64,000 bases of DNA from an uncultured Flavobacteriales bacterium (GCA_964619305.1 CAZUDW010000001.1:14356-78355); one strand, 5' to 3'. Shown: positions 29,649 to 40,466, counted from the stretch's first letter. Program-made: numbers and translations. The notes: a model not told the origin generated them from the letters alone.

Positions 29649-31637
29649 CTACTTGTCCAGCACCTTAAACTCGGTGCGCCTGTTTAATTGCCTACCTTCT
29701 TCTGTATCGTTTGATGCTATGGGATTTGAAAAGCCTAAACCTTTAAATTGTAAGCGATCTGCTTTTATTCCGTGTTCTACCAAGTAATCAACAACTGCTT
29801 TGGCCCGTTTTTCAGATAAACTGTTGTTATAAGCAGAAGAACCTTTATTATCAGTATGGCCGGAAATCTCAATTCTCAATGTTGGCATTTCATTCAGCAT
29901 CTGAATCAGACGATTGAGCTCTGCTGTGGATTCGCTTCGTAGTATTGCCTTGTCATAATCGAAGAAGATATTATTTAATACAATACTTCCCCCCACTTCT
30001 ATCTTTTTCAATTTAATATTCTTTTCCACTTCCCTGTAACCTGTTGAAAGCGGAATATTTAGATTCTCTGAATGGAATAAATAACCTTGTGCATTTACAG
30101 CAATGCCATAATTTTTACCTGAAGGTAATGATACGAGATACTTGCCACTATTGCTGTTAGATTCAAATTCAGCGACCACTTCATTTTTTTCATTATCAGT
30201 GATCTCAATGTTTGCAAAAAGCGGTTTGGAGGTTTTTTCGTCAAACACAATTCCTTTTAACAAGGTAAGCTGTGGCCCTTCTTCCGTTGGTGGTTCCGGA
30301 AACGTGATCATATAAATATCTTTATCTCCATAACCTCCTGCCATCGCAGATGCATAATAGGCATGCCTGCCGCTGGCAGACATCACGAAGAAAAGATCGT
30401 CATCGGGCGTGTTGATGGGATAACCCAGATTTTCCGGTTCAGACCAGCTTTTTGTATCGGCATTATAAACACTTTTAAATATATCATAACCTCCCATAGT
30501 TTTATGCCCCTGTGAACTAAAGTATAAGGTTTTGCCGTCAGGATGAATAAACACTCCCTCTTCATTATATTCTGTATTGATGGAGTTGCCTATATTTTGA
30601 GCTTCACCCCATTTGTTGTCTTTCCCCTTATGGCAAATCCAGATATCTCTTTTACCGAAACTACCATCCGGTCTTGAACTGACAAAATAAGCTGTTCTGC
30701 CATCATAGGATACACTAATTGAAGATTCATGGTATTTGGAATTGATCGGCTCGGGCATTTTTTTAGGTTCCGACCATTGCTGCCCATTTAGTTTACACAT
30801 ATATATATTCCCATCACCCATATCGTCTTTATAGATATACAACATCTGCCCATCAGGAGAAAGAGAAATTGTTGCATCATGCTTTTCCGTATTGACCGGT
30901 TTTCCAATGTTTTCAGCATTCTTCCAGCTATTTTCTTCTTTGTTTATAACATAAATATCTTCATAATACACATTCAGCGAGAGATCCATTCTGCCTCCTG
31001 TAGTGGTATTTCTCCTGGATGTAAAAAACAGCACAGATTCATCTGCAGATATCACAGGCCCATATTCTGGAAAAGTTGTATTAATTGCAGAACCTACATT
31101 GTCAATCCTTACTTTAACAGAGTCTTTCACCTGTTCCCTTCCGTAACGACATTCCTCCAACTTCTTTTTAATATCTTTTAATTTATCTTGTGCTTTAGCC
31201 CCAAGAGTCATCTTGTATGCTTGGTATTTCCTCTCTGCTTTATCCCAATCCATATTGAGATGATACGCCCTCCCAAGGTAATAATCCAGAACAGGATCAG
31301 AATGCTTTTTCAACTCATTTGCTTTTTCGAGAAAGGGAATAGATTTGGTTTTCTGTGGTGAATTGAGGTAGCAATGTCCTATCTTCAGATTTAATTCCGA
31401 ATTATCAGGATTTAGTTGGTATGCGATCAGGTAATGTTCGATGGCTGTTGTATGAAACAAGGGACCGAGATAGTAATACCTGTCCCCTTCTCTTAATTCA
31501 CTCAGAGCGGTTTTCAGTTTGTCTTTATCTGGAAAATGGTTCTTGTCAAAAGGGATTTCGGTATTTTGAGTAAATCCGTCTTTTGTCATATAAGCTGATA
31601 ATAAAAAGATAATTATAATTCTTATATTTATTTTCAT
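29649..31637 (-). CDS. OmpA-family protein with N-terminal TPR region and TolB-like (WD40-like) beta-propeller repeats
   Basis: 662 aa with a signal peptide. TPR-like segment, repeated TolB-type blades (YFVSSRPDG…DIWI; YFSSQGHKTMGGYDIF), and a C-terminal OmpA domain (FDYDKAIL…HTDNKGSSAYNNSLSEKRAKAV…NRRTEF). Confidence 0.85.
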   Translation of the reverse strand: MKINIRIIIIFLLSAYMTKDGFTQNTEIPFDKNHFPDKDKLKTALSELREGDRYYYLGPLFHTTAIEHYLIAYQLNPDNSELNLKIGHCYLNSPQKTKSIPFLEKANELKKHSDPVLDYYLGRAYHLNMDWDKAERKYQAYKMTLGAKAQDKLKDIKKKLEECRYGREQVKDSVKVRIDNVGSAINTTFPEYGPVISADESVLFFTSRRNTTTGGRMDLSLNVYYEDIYVINKEENSWKNAENIGKPVNTEKHDATISLSPDGQMLYIYKDDMGDGNIYMCKLNGQQWSEPKKMPEPINSKYHESSISVSYDGRTAYFVSSRPDGSFGKRDIWICHKGKDNKWGEAQNIGNSINTEYNEEGVFIHPDGKTLYFSSQGHKTMGGYDIFKSVYNADTKSWSEPENLGYPINTPDDDLFFVMSASGRHAYYASAMAGGYGDKDIYMITFPEPPTEEGPQLTLLKGIVFDEKTSKPLFANIEITDNEKNEVVAEFESNSNSGKYLVSLPSGKNYGIAVNAQGYLFHSENLNIPLSTGYREVEKNIKLKKIEVGGSIVLNNIFFDYDKAILRSESTAELNRLIQMLNEMPTLRIEISGHTDNKGSSAYNNSLSEKRAKAVVDYLVEHGIKADRLQFKGLGFSNPIASNDTEEGRQLNRRTEFKVLDK

Positions 31638-31671
31638 TTTGATATCAATGTATGTTTTATTAAGAATAAAA

Positions 31672-34137
31672 TTAAACCCGGCAATACACTCTTTTAACCC
31701 TTGACGACACAGACGTCAGCACCTCGTAGGGAATTGTTCCAAACTCTTCTGCATATTGTTCAATTGACCTTCCCGTCCCGAAAACAACCACATCTTCATC
31801 TTCATGTACATCCATCCCTGTTACATCCACCATGCACATATCCATGCAAACATTACCTACCACAGGCAGCAGTTTGCCCCGGATCAGCAGATGCCCCTTG
31901 CCATTGCCTAAAATGCGATGAAACCCATCGGCATACCCAATAGCAACGGTGGCAAGTTGCATATCTTTATTGGTTTTACCCGTCCTGCCATATCCTATCG
32001 TTTCTCCTTCCTTCACATGCCTAAGCTGTATCACTTTTGTCTTCAATGATCCGAGTGGCAACAGTTCTTTATGGCCGACACCGTAAAGTCCTATACCGAT
32101 TCTCACCATATCAAATTGATGCTGTGGATAGTGAAGCACTCCGCTTGTATTAAGCACATGACGAAGAAAATCATAATTCAATCCTTTTTTCAAAGCCGCA
32201 GTCATGGTTTTGAAAAGCGCAATCTGTTGCAAGGTAAACTGTTCCTGTTTTGCATCATCACTTGCGGCAAGATGTGTGAAAACAGAACAGACCCTAATCT
32301 TGTCTCCAAAGTCATTCAATAGCTGAATCAAACGGGATATATCACTTTCTTTAAATCCTAGCCTGTGCATACCCGTGTCTAGCTTGATATGAACGGGTAG
32401 TTTTTCTGATGAGGATTCAAGAACATATATAAGTTTTTCCAAAATCCCAAAACCAGAGATTTCAGGTTCGAGCTTTGCAGAGATCATTGCTTCCATGCTG
32501 TCATCCTCCGGACTCATTACCATGATGGGACAACTAATTCCTGCATCACGAAGCAACACACCTTCATCCGGATAGGCAACTGCCAGGTAATCGATACGGT
32601 TGAACTCCAGAACCGAAGCAATCTCATGACTGCCGCTGCCATAGGAAAAAGCTTTGACCATTGCCATGATTTTTGTATTCCTTTTGAGTTTTGAACGGAA
32701 AAAGTTCAGATTGTGCACCAATGCATCCAGATCTATTTCCATTACCGTCCTGTGAGATTGCTGTTCAAGCAGATGTGCAATACGCTCAAAACCAAAAATA
32801 CGCGCTCCTTTGATCAGAATCGTCTCATCTGAAAAATGTAATTTTTTAAAATCAGCAATAAAAGCATCGGTATCTGGATAATAATGCTGCTCCGGCAGGT
32901 TAAAAGCATCTTTTGAAGCGGATATATTTTTACCAACTCCTATTAAACGTGAAATTTGTTTGCTATGAAACATTTCTGAAACAAGTCTGTATAATTCTTT
33001 CTCCTTAATACCGGTCTGGAGAATATCGGATAATATTACCGTTTTTTTCTGATGTTGTTTTTGTGCTGTCAACATCTCCAATGCGATCTCAAGTGATCCT
33101 ATATCTGAATTATAGGAATCATTAATAAGGGTGCAATGGTTGATTGCTCCTCTCATTTGCAGTCTCATTGCAACCCTTTCCAGAGATTGCACCCGCCTGC
33201 ATGCAACTGCAAAGTCAAGACCAAGACAAATACAAGCACACAAAACATGTATGACATTCTCAACAGAAGCCCTGTCGGTAAAAGGGAGGTGAATGGTGCG
33301 CTCATTGCCAGAATAAACCAGCACAATATAGCAAGAATCATCACTATTTGTAAGTTTCTTCAAATACAGATCAGCTCCCGAATCTGATTGAGACCAGCTG
33401 AAAGTTTTTATGCCTGGAACTACAGATTGTCTGATCAATTCATGGTCTCTGCAATAGATCAATAAATCAACGTGATGGAAAAGCTCCATCTTCTCAGCAG
33501 CCTTCTCTACAAGGCTTTTAAAATTAATGCTGTGAGCATCACCAATATTTGTAAAAATCCCAATGGTCGGTTTCAGAATTTTTTCTAGTCGTTTCATTTC
33601 TCCGGGCATTGAAATACCTGCTTCAAATATGCCGAGGTCGTGTGTTGAATTTAGCTGCCAGACAGAAAGCGGAACGCCAACCTGGGAATTATAGCTTTTG
33701 GGACTACGCACAATATTCATTTCTGGCGCAAGCATCTGAAATAACCACTCCTTCACAATGGTTTTCCCATTGCTGCCAGTGATCGCTATCATGGGTATTT
33801 TAAACCGGGAACGATGAAACTTAGCAAGCTTATGTAACGCACTGACAGTAGAATCACATAATATAACGCTCGTATTTTGCTGCACCTGTTTAACTGCCTT
33901 TTTATCAGAAACTATAAAATTCTTTACTCCTCTTTGATTCAAATCTCTGATAAAATCATGCCCATCATGATGTTCCCCTGGAATTGCGATAAAAACGGAA
34001 TCAGGAGGTATCGTTATTTTCCGACTATCTAGCAGAATATGCTTCACAACCCTATTATTCTTTCCACATAATAATTTCCCTTCAATGATGTTTGCAATTA
34101 AATCTGCTGTGTATGTAATCTTATCTTTATTGGCCAT
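31672..34137 (-). CDS. Bifunctional UDP-MurNAc-tripeptide--D-Ala-D-Ala ligase (MurF) / alanine racemase (Alr) fusion
   Basis: 821 aa. N-terminal MurF (Mur ligase P-loop ITGSNGKT). C-terminal alanine racemase with the PLP-Lys motif MVKAFSYGSG and a C-terminal beta-domain. Confidence 0.85.
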   Translation of the reverse strand: MANKDKITYTADLIANIIEGKLLCGKNNRVVKHILLDSRKITIPPDSVFIAIPGEHHDGHDFIRDLNQRGVKNFIVSDKKAVKQVQQNTSVILCDSTVSALHKLAKFHRSRFKIPMIAITGSNGKTIVKEWLFQMLAPEMNIVRSPKSYNSQVGVPLSVWQLNSTHDLGIFEAGISMPGEMKRLEKILKPTIGIFTNIGDAHSINFKSLVEKAAEKMELFHHVDLLIYCRDHELIRQSVVPGIKTFSWSQSDSGADLYLKKLTNSDDSCYIVLVYSGNERTIHLPFTDRASVENVIHVLCACICLGLDFAVACRRVQSLERVAMRLQMRGAINHCTLINDSYNSDIGSLEIALEMLTAQKQHQKKTVILSDILQTGIKEKELYRLVSEMFHSKQISRLIGVGKNISASKDAFNLPEQHYYPDTDAFIADFKKLHFSDETILIKGARIFGFERIAHLLEQQSHRTVMEIDLDALVHNLNFFRSKLKRNTKIMAMVKAFSYGSGSHEIASVLEFNRIDYLAVAYPDEGVLLRDAGISCPIMVMSPEDDSMEAMISAKLEPEISGFGILEKLIYVLESSSEKLPVHIKLDTGMHRLGFKESDISRLIQLLNDFGDKIRVCSVFTHLAASDDAKQEQFTLQQIALFKTMTAALKKGLNYDFLRHVLNTSGVLHYPQHQFDMVRIGIGLYGVGHKELLPLGSLKTKVIQLRHVKEGETIGYGRTGKTNKDMQLATVAIGYADGFHRILGNGKGHLLIRGKLLPVVGNVCMDMCMVDVTGMDVHEDEDVVVFGTGRSIEQYAEEFGTIPYEVLTSVSSRVKRVYCRV

Positions 34138-34138
34138 A

Positions 34139-34732
34139 TTACTTCACTTCCTTTTCTTTGTTTTTTGCCTGATTATAGCAACTTCTGCAAAGCGGTTTAT
34201 AATGATCTTTCTCACCCAGGATCACTCTTGCATTTTCTGCAGATATGCGGTGTGAAAAGTTTGCAAGTTCACCACATCTCATACAGATTGCATGCACTTT
34301 AGTTACATACTCTGCAACCGCCATCAAAGCAGGAACAGGGTCAAAGGGGTTACCCCTATAATCCATATCCAGACCTGCGACAATCACGCGTATATTCCTG
34401 CCGGCAAGCTTAATACATACATCCACCAAACCATCATCAAAAAATTGTGCTTCATCTATTGCAACCACATCCACTTCACCTACAATGTCCATAATATCTT
34501 TCGAAGCACTAACTGGTCTTGAAGGAATGTAATTATCGTCATGCGAAACAACATTGCTTCTATCATAACGTGTATCAACTGAAGGCTTGTATAGCTCAAC
34601 CTTTTGTTTTGACAGACGGGCTCTTTTAATCCTCCGTATCAATTCTTCTGTTTTTCCGGAAAACATGGAACCACATATTACTTCAATCCATCCCTTTTTT
34701 TGTGAAATTCCATCTGTATTATCAAGAAACAT
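34139..34732 (-). CDS. tdk: Thymidine kinase
   Basis: 197 aa. P-loop CGSMFSGKT and the C-terminal zinc ribbon (CMRCG…CRSC). Confidence 0.9.
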   Translation of the reverse strand: MFLDNTDGISQKKGWIEVICGSMFSGKTEELIRRIKRARLSKQKVELYKPSVDTRYDRSNVVSHDDNYIPSRPVSASKDIMDIVGEVDVVAIDEAQFFDDGLVDVCIKLAGRNIRVIVAGLDMDYRGNPFDPVPALMAVAEYVTKVHAICMRCGELANFSHRISAENARVILGEKDHYKPLCRSCYNQAKNKEKEVK

Positions 34733-34797
34733 CTGTAATTGCCCGTTTATCTTTAATTTTGACTAATACAAATCTAAATAATTTCACGCAGCCCAAA

Positions 34798-35271
34798 ATG
34801 AAAGATCGGCATGAGATAATAAAAGAGTTGAAATTGACAACTGATGCAATTTACAAGCTATTACAAAACTTTAAACCTGAAGAGGATCAATTAAATTTAT
34901 TGCAGAAATATGTCTATAAACTAAATGAACATACAAGTATTCTCAAATATCTCTCCGGGGAAACACTGCAAAAGAAAAGTAATAACTATGTAGAACCTGT
35001 ACAGGAAGTTATGGATAAAACACCAGCTGCAAAGTTAATTGTTAATCGTTCATTTCATGTGGATCTGAACCAGAAAATCATGTTTTTAAAAGAACTGTTT
35101 GACCATAATGAAAAATCATACAAAGAGACTGTTAATATGATAGAAAATGCGGATGACATTGAACAGGTCAAAACTTTCATCAAAGGTTTTAATTGGGATG
35201 AAGATCATTTTGCTTTCAAAGAATTCATGTTGTTACTTAAGAAATATTTTGCTAAGGATTCTGATTTATAA
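34798..35271 (+). CDS. Hypothetical protein (no recognisable domain)
   Basis: The ORF opens at 34702. The start is placed at the internal Met MKDRHEIIKEL (34798) to avoid overlap with tdk. Helical, charged, no motif recognised. Confidence 0.45.
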   Translation: MKDRHEIIKELKLTTDAIYKLLQNFKPEEDQLNLLQKYVYKLNEHTSILKYLSGETLQKKSNNYVEPVQEVMDKTPAAKLIVNRSFHVDLNQKIMFLKELFDHNEKSYKETVNMIENADDIEQVKTFIKGFNWDEDHFAFKEFMLLLKKYFAKDSDL

Positions 35272-36532
35272 CACCCTTTGCTGGTTGCTGCTACTGGTTT
35301 TCATTGCGCATTCAACTGCACAATACAAGCTATATGCAAGACAAATTATTCAAACTCTTTGCGACAGTGTTATGCATGGTCGGGGTCCGGAATTCAAAGG
35401 TGAGAAGAAAGCCGCGGAATATATTGCCTCTGAATTCAGTAAACTTGGGCTTCAACCTATAGGAAAAAAATATCTGCAAAAGTTCTCAATTAAAGGAATT
35501 CACACTTATCAGGGTGATATGTTTGTTGGGCTTGACGGCAATCCGATATCTCCTGGCAAGGATTTTATCTGCGATGTTTCAACGCCAAAGATAAAAGGTG
35601 TATTTCCCCTTGAATATCTTAAAGAGGAATTTCATTCGGATAAAAAGGCATATCAAACATTTTTAAGTAAAGATCATAGAAAAAATTTTCTTATTGTCGA
35701 TGACCATAAAATCTCAAATGTTCTGAAAAAAAGTATTTTCAATTTAATTTCCAAAGACTCTCTTCGCCCAGCCGGACTGTTGATCATTGAAGACGATAAA
35801 CTAACATTCGGAAGGGAAAAAACAACCTCCAGGTATATTGCGATTCTACACATTCTGAGAAAGAGTATCCCTGAACACATTAAAAACATTAGCCTGGACA
35901 TTGACTGCAAGAAAAAAAGAACATACAAATCCGCAAACGTTGCTGCTATGATTGAGGGCAAGCAGCAAAAAGACAGTTTTATCGTTTTTACGGCTCATTA
36001 TGATCATATTGGCAGCATGGGTGCCAATACTTACTTCCCCGGTGCCAATGACAATGCAAGCGGTGTAGGTATGCTTCTTTCACTGGCAAAGAATTATACG
36101 ATAAATCCCGCAAAATATTCTATGGTTTTCATAGCTTTCGGAGCAGAAGAACAGGGCTTACTCGGATCCGAGTATTTTGCTGCTCATCCTCTACTCAATC
36201 TGGATCACATCCGGTTTCTTATCAACCTGGATATACTTGGCACTGGTGATGATGGGATAAGGGTTGTGAATGCAACCATCTTTAATAAAGAGTTTGAAAG
36301 ATTGCTTCGAATTAACCGAAACGAACAATTATTAAAACAAATCAGGAAAAGAGGTGAAGCTGCTATCAGCGATCATTATCCATTCTATATAAATGCTGTT
36401 CCATGTTTTTATATCTACACCCTTGGTGAGATTAAGGCATATCACGATATTTACGATCAAGCTGTAACCTTACCACTTACTGAATTTGATGATATATACA
36501 CTTTATTGACTTTATTTGTAAATAGCTTTTAA
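35198..36532 (+). CDS. M28 family zinc peptidase (aminopeptidase)
   Basis: PA/M28 layout: HYDH(I)G, NDNASG and EEQGLLGS metal-ligand motifs. The start is uncertain: the ORF opens at 35147, an in-frame Met lies at 35198, and a TTG lies at 35285 after the upstream stop. Confidence 0.7.
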   Translation: MKIILLSKNSCCYLRNILLRILIYNTLCWLLLLVFIAHSTAQYKLYARQIIQTLCDSVMHGRGPEFKGEKKAAEYIASEFSKLGLQPIGKKYLQKFSIKGIHTYQGDMFVGLDGNPISPGKDFICDVSTPKIKGVFPLEYLKEEFHSDKKAYQTFLSKDHRKNFLIVDDHKISNVLKKSIFNLISKDSLRPAGLLIIEDDKLTFGREKTTSRYIAILHILRKSIPEHIKNISLDIDCKKKRTYKSANVAAMIEGKQQKDSFIVFTAHYDHIGSMGANTYFPGANDNASGVGMLLSLAKNYTINPAKYSMVFIAFGAEEQGLLGSEYFAAHPLLNLDHIRFLINLDILGTGDDGIRVVNATIFNKEFERLLRINRNEQLLKQIRKRGEAAISDHYPFYINAVPCFYIYTLGEIKAYHDIYDQAVTLPLTEFDDIYTLLTLFVNSF

Positions 36533-36534
36533 TT

Positions 36535-37206
36535 ATGTCTGAACTTTGGATTGTTCCAACACCTATAGGGAATCTTGCAGACCTCACTTTCAGGGCGAAG
36601 GAAGTCCTCGAAAGTGTGGATATCATCCTTGCTGAAGACAAAAGGCAGACCTCTAAACTACTGAATCATTATGGGATACGGAATCATTTATTAGCTTATC
36701 ACCAACATAATGAAAATAAGATAAGCGTTGATTTGCTCAAACGCATCCTCGCAGGAGAAACTATGGCAATTGTAACAGATGGAGGCACACCATTGATATC
36801 TGATCCCGGATTCCCCCTTGTTCGTGAATGTATCAAAAATAACGTTGAAGTACATTGTCTGCCAGGTGCTACTGCTTTTACGACAGCTATTGCAATATCC
36901 GGCTTGCCTGTAAACCGCTTTTGTTTCGAAGGTTTTTTGGCCCACAAAAAGGGACGTAATAAAAGGTTGGCATCACTGGCAAATGAAACCAGAACGATGG
37001 TTTTTTATGAATCTCCTCACAGGATATCTAAAACGCTGAAGGAAATGATCAGCACTTTTGGGTCTGAAAGAAGAGCATCAGTATCCCGTGAACTCACAAA
37101 AATATATGAAGAAACTAAAAGGGGGACACTTGAGGAGTTGTCAGAATATTTTAACGACAATGCACCAAAAGGTGAATTTGTGATTGTAGTGTCTGGAAAA
37201 GAATGA
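36535..37206 (+). CDS. rsmI: 16S rRNA (cytidine1402-2'-O)-methyltransferase
   Basis: 223 aa. LWIVPTPIGNLADLTFRA N-terminus, characteristic of RsmI/tetrapyrrole-methylase-fold proteins. Confidence 0.9.
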   Translation: MSELWIVPTPIGNLADLTFRAKEVLESVDIILAEDKRQTSKLLNHYGIRNHLLAYHQHNENKISVDLLKRILAGETMAIVTDGGTPLISDPGFPLVRECIKNNVEVHCLPGATAFTTAIAISGLPVNRFCFEGFLAHKKGRNKRLASLANETRTMVFYESPHRISKTLKEMISTFGSERRASVSRELTKIYEETKRGTLEELSEYFNDNAPKGEFVIVVSGKE

Positions 37207-37227
37207 GTTTTCAGATTATCAACTAAA

Positions 37228-40200
37228 CTAACGGACTAAAGACACACTACCTTTTTTTATCGTTTCTTCTTTGTTGTCAAGTGAAAATTTCACATACCAT
37301 ACATAAACTCCTGCATTGACAGGTTTGCCATTATAAGTGCCCTCCCATCCATCTCCAACATCATGTGATTCAAACATCTTATTGCCCCAACGATCATAGA
37401 TAACATATTCTATATTGCTGATATTTTTTCCTCTCACATATAAAATATCGTTGTGCCCATCCCCGTTGGGAGAGAAGATATTTGGTATGAAGAAATCTGA
37501 ATTATCTTCAACAACAATGGTAACACTATCTGTTGCACTGCAACCACTGTCACCAATAACAGTAAGATAATATGTAGTTGTTTCCTCAGGAGTTGCAACC
37601 GGATTCTGGCAATCTGAGCATGATAAAGATGTAGCAGGTGTCCACAACCAGAAAGGACCACCTTCTCCAATCAGTTGCACTGATTCACCCGCACTAATGG
37701 TGGTGTCCGGCTTTGCATCAACTTCAATTGCTGAGGGTTGGTTGATTGTTATACTTTGTGTCATGGTGCATCCATTAGCATCAGTCAAAGTCAATTGATA
37801 AACTCCTGCTGACAGACTGTCCTGATTGGCCGATGTACCACCATTGCTCCAGTTATATAAATATGGTGATATTCCACCGTTTACGGAAATGACAGCACTA
37901 CCATCTGATTTTCCATAGCAACTTGCATCAGTTCCTGATAAAGTCAATACTATTGCCGGTGGTTCGGCAATATTGGTAGAATCAGTTGTTGTACATCCAT
38001 TATTATCAGTAATTGTCACATAATAGGTTCCTGCTAAAAGACCGGTTACAGTAGAATCTATAGCTGAATTGCTCCAGAAATACTGATAAGGACTGCTTCC
38101 ACCTGAAGGGTTTACAGATGCTGTTCCATCCGAGTTTCCTGCGCATAATACATCCGTTGAAGAAACTGAAGAAATAAGCATAGCAGGTTCATTTATCATC
38201 AATGTATCAACACCGATACATCCGTTGCTATCAGTAACCGTTAAATAATATAAACCTGGAGATAAGCCGGTGAGCACTGGCACGCTATCCCCTGTGCTCC
38301 AGGAATAAGAGTAAGGACTTGTCCCTCCGTTTACACTAACTAAAACCTGCCCATCAGCATAACCAAAACAACTTACATCCGAACTGTTGAACAAAACAGA
38401 CACAACAGATGGGCCAACGAGTGTAACAGTATCAAATAAAGTACATCCATTGTTATCGGTGATCGTAATATAATATATCCCTGCTGATAATCCGGTTGCA
38501 GAGGAATCCGTTTGTCCGCTGGACCAATTATAATTGTATGGAGAAGTACCTCCTGAAGGTGTTATTACTATTGTGCCGTTGTTGTCTCCGTTGCAAAGAG
38601 GACTTACCGTATCTAAAACAGCAGTCAATGCAGCAGGTTCCGTAATGGTAATACTGTCAGTATTTGTACAACCGAATACATCTGTTACAGTAACATAATA
38701 AGTGCCCGCTGAAAGACCGGTTGCCAATTGTGTAGTTTGATTACCTATACTCCATGCATATTGAAACATGGCAGAATCAATACAGCTGTTTGGTGATGAA
38801 GGCATTGCGAGAACTGTTCCATCATTTCCTCCATTGCAGTTTACCATGGTTGCAGAAAAAATAATCTGTGGTGTATTGCAAGCAAGACAATATTTATCCA
38901 TCCATATATCAAGACCTGCTGATCCAGGTCTGGGATCTTCCCATGCCATATATGCACAGCTATCAATGGAAACGATGTGTGGAAAATTCTGATTCCCGTT
39001 TTCTAGACATACGGGAAGATAGCTTGTATACGTGATCCCATCACAGTTAAAATGTCTCGTATAAATATCATCTCCATTACCTCCACCGTCTTTTCTCCAA
39101 ACAGCAAAGAAACCACCGGTTCTATCAGGAGTAATGTCTGCAAAGCGATCATTATCAACACTATAGCTAATACGCACATGTCCACCGCTGATATTCCACA
39201 AAAGATTCCCTGTTGAATCTACCCTTTGCGCTGAGACATCGTTATCACCACTCTGATATCCACTTTCACCACAAACAATTATGCCACCTCTATAGTCAGG
39301 AATGGGAACAGGACGATCTGCTTCATCATTACCATTCAGCTTATATTCTGAAAGTAAAAATATTCCTGTAGTACCGCTACCAAATCCAGAAGTCAGCGTA
39401 CCATTAAGATAATATCTTGCACCATAGATGGCAAAAGGACCACTTGGGAAACTAGCATCTGTCCACACGAAATACACGTCATTATTACCAGTAAAAACAA
39501 CTTTGGTTTCATCCTGCACAGCTGAATTGTCGCAAATCAACTTTCCGTCTGTTTGCCAGAGTGATGTGCCATTGCCATCAAACCTTTCAGCATACACATC
39601 CCTGTTGGGGCCTCTGGCATCTGACCACACGTAAATCGCACCACCTAACCCATCCACTGCCATATCCAGATCATCCTGTGCTCCATTCAAACCGCACACG
39701 GAAATTCCATTTGCTGTCCATAAAGGATTTCCATTAACACCCATTCTCTGGGTATAAATATCATAGTTGCCACCACGGTTGTCTTCCCATCCAATTATAC
39801 AACCACCTGTGGAATCAGATATTATTTTAGGATTTCGCTGTATACCTGTTGCAGTACAGACAGCATTTCCATTCAGTGTCCACAATGCATTACCACCTGC
39901 ATCGATATGCTGAGCATAAATATCCCATGTTGCACCCCTTTTATCAGACCAAACAACAAAAACTCCTCCGCTGCCATCAGTACACATATCCGGTGTTTCC
40001 TGCGTTCCGGTTTCATTACAAACTGGTATTCCATTGAGTGTCCACATGGGAGCGAAAAGAATATCCATGCTCTGCATATAAATATCCTGGGAACTATTTC
40101 TGTTATCTTCCCATACCATCAGAATATGTGTCTCACTGTCATCGGTAATCATCCTGATCGTCTTTTGAGAACCGGAGATATTATTTACAACAGGGTAATT

Positions 40201-40272
40201 CTGAGCTTCTGCAGATTTTATCATGAAAAGCACAAAAAGCAATAACGAAATAACTAATTTCAATTGTGTCAT
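37228..40272 (-). CDS. Large T9SS cargo protein: N-terminal unassigned ~56-aa repeats, central SprB repeats, C-terminal type-B (gliding-motility-associated) CTD
   Basis: 1014 aa with a signal peptide. At least 5 repeats with a W[ES]DxRxxxxDIYxQ…G…W…NG…VC core, then ~6 SprB-type repeats (C.G..DG…GG.SPY.Y.WS.G…TGL.AG.YY.T.TD.NGC), then a C-terminal domain (FIPNIFSPNGDGHNDIL…YDRWGNK) matching the T9SS type-B sorting domain. Confidence 0.85.
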   Translation of the reverse strand: MTQLKLVISLLLFVLFMIKSAEAQNYPVVNNISGSQKTIRMITDDSETHILMVWEDNRNSSQDIYMQSMDILFAPMWTLNGIPVCNETGTQETPDMCTDGSGGVFVVWSDKRGATWDIYAQHIDAGGNALWTLNGNAVCTATGIQRNPKIISDSTGGCIIGWEDNRGGNYDIYTQRMGVNGNPLWTANGISVCGLNGAQDDLDMAVDGLGGAIYVWSDARGPNRDVYAERFDGNGTSLWQTDGKLICDNSAVQDETKVVFTGNNDVYFVWTDASFPSGPFAIYGARYYLNGTLTSGFGSGTTGIFLLSEYKLNGNDEADRPVPIPDYRGGIIVCGESGYQSGDNDVSAQRVDSTGNLLWNISGGHVRISYSVDNDRFADITPDRTGGFFAVWRKDGGGNGDDIYTRHFNCDGITYTSYLPVCLENGNQNFPHIVSIDSCAYMAWEDPRPGSAGLDIWMDKYCLACNTPQIIFSATMVNCNGGNDGTVLAMPSSPNSCIDSAMFQYAWSIGNQTTQLATGLSAGTYYVTVTDVFGCTNTDSITITEPAALTAVLDTVSPLCNGDNNGTIVITPSGGTSPYNYNWSSGQTDSSATGLSAGIYYITITDNNGCTLFDTVTLVGPSVVSVLFNSSDVSCFGYADGQVLVSVNGGTSPYSYSWSTGDSVPVLTGLSPGLYYLTVTDSNGCIGVDTLMINEPAMLISSVSSTDVLCAGNSDGTASVNPSGGSSPYQYFWSNSAIDSTVTGLLAGTYYVTITDNNGCTTTDSTNIAEPPAIVLTLSGTDASCYGKSDGSAVISVNGGISPYLYNWSNGGTSANQDSLSAGVYQLTLTDANGCTMTQSITINQPSAIEVDAKPDTTISAGESVQLIGEGGPFWLWTPATSLSCSDCQNPVATPEETTTYYLTVIGDSGCSATDSVTIVVEDNSDFFIPNIFSPNGDGHNDILYVRGKNISNIEYVIYDRWGNKMFESHDVGDGWEGTYNGKPVNAGVYVWYVKFSLDNKEETIKKGSVSLVR

Positions 40273-40466
40273 TTTAGAAAATATTTTGATTTATTTTGGA
40301 TTTCCAATCTGCTTCCTCCTACATTGTAAAAAAGACGAGATTTCAATATAAAAGTTGCATGATAGGATGTAAAATAAAGAGCTTCTTTTCATGTTGCATG
40401 GAAGTTATTAAAACCGTCTTTATGGTTGAGAATTTCTTATTGATGATTGATCAAGCATTTAATCTA

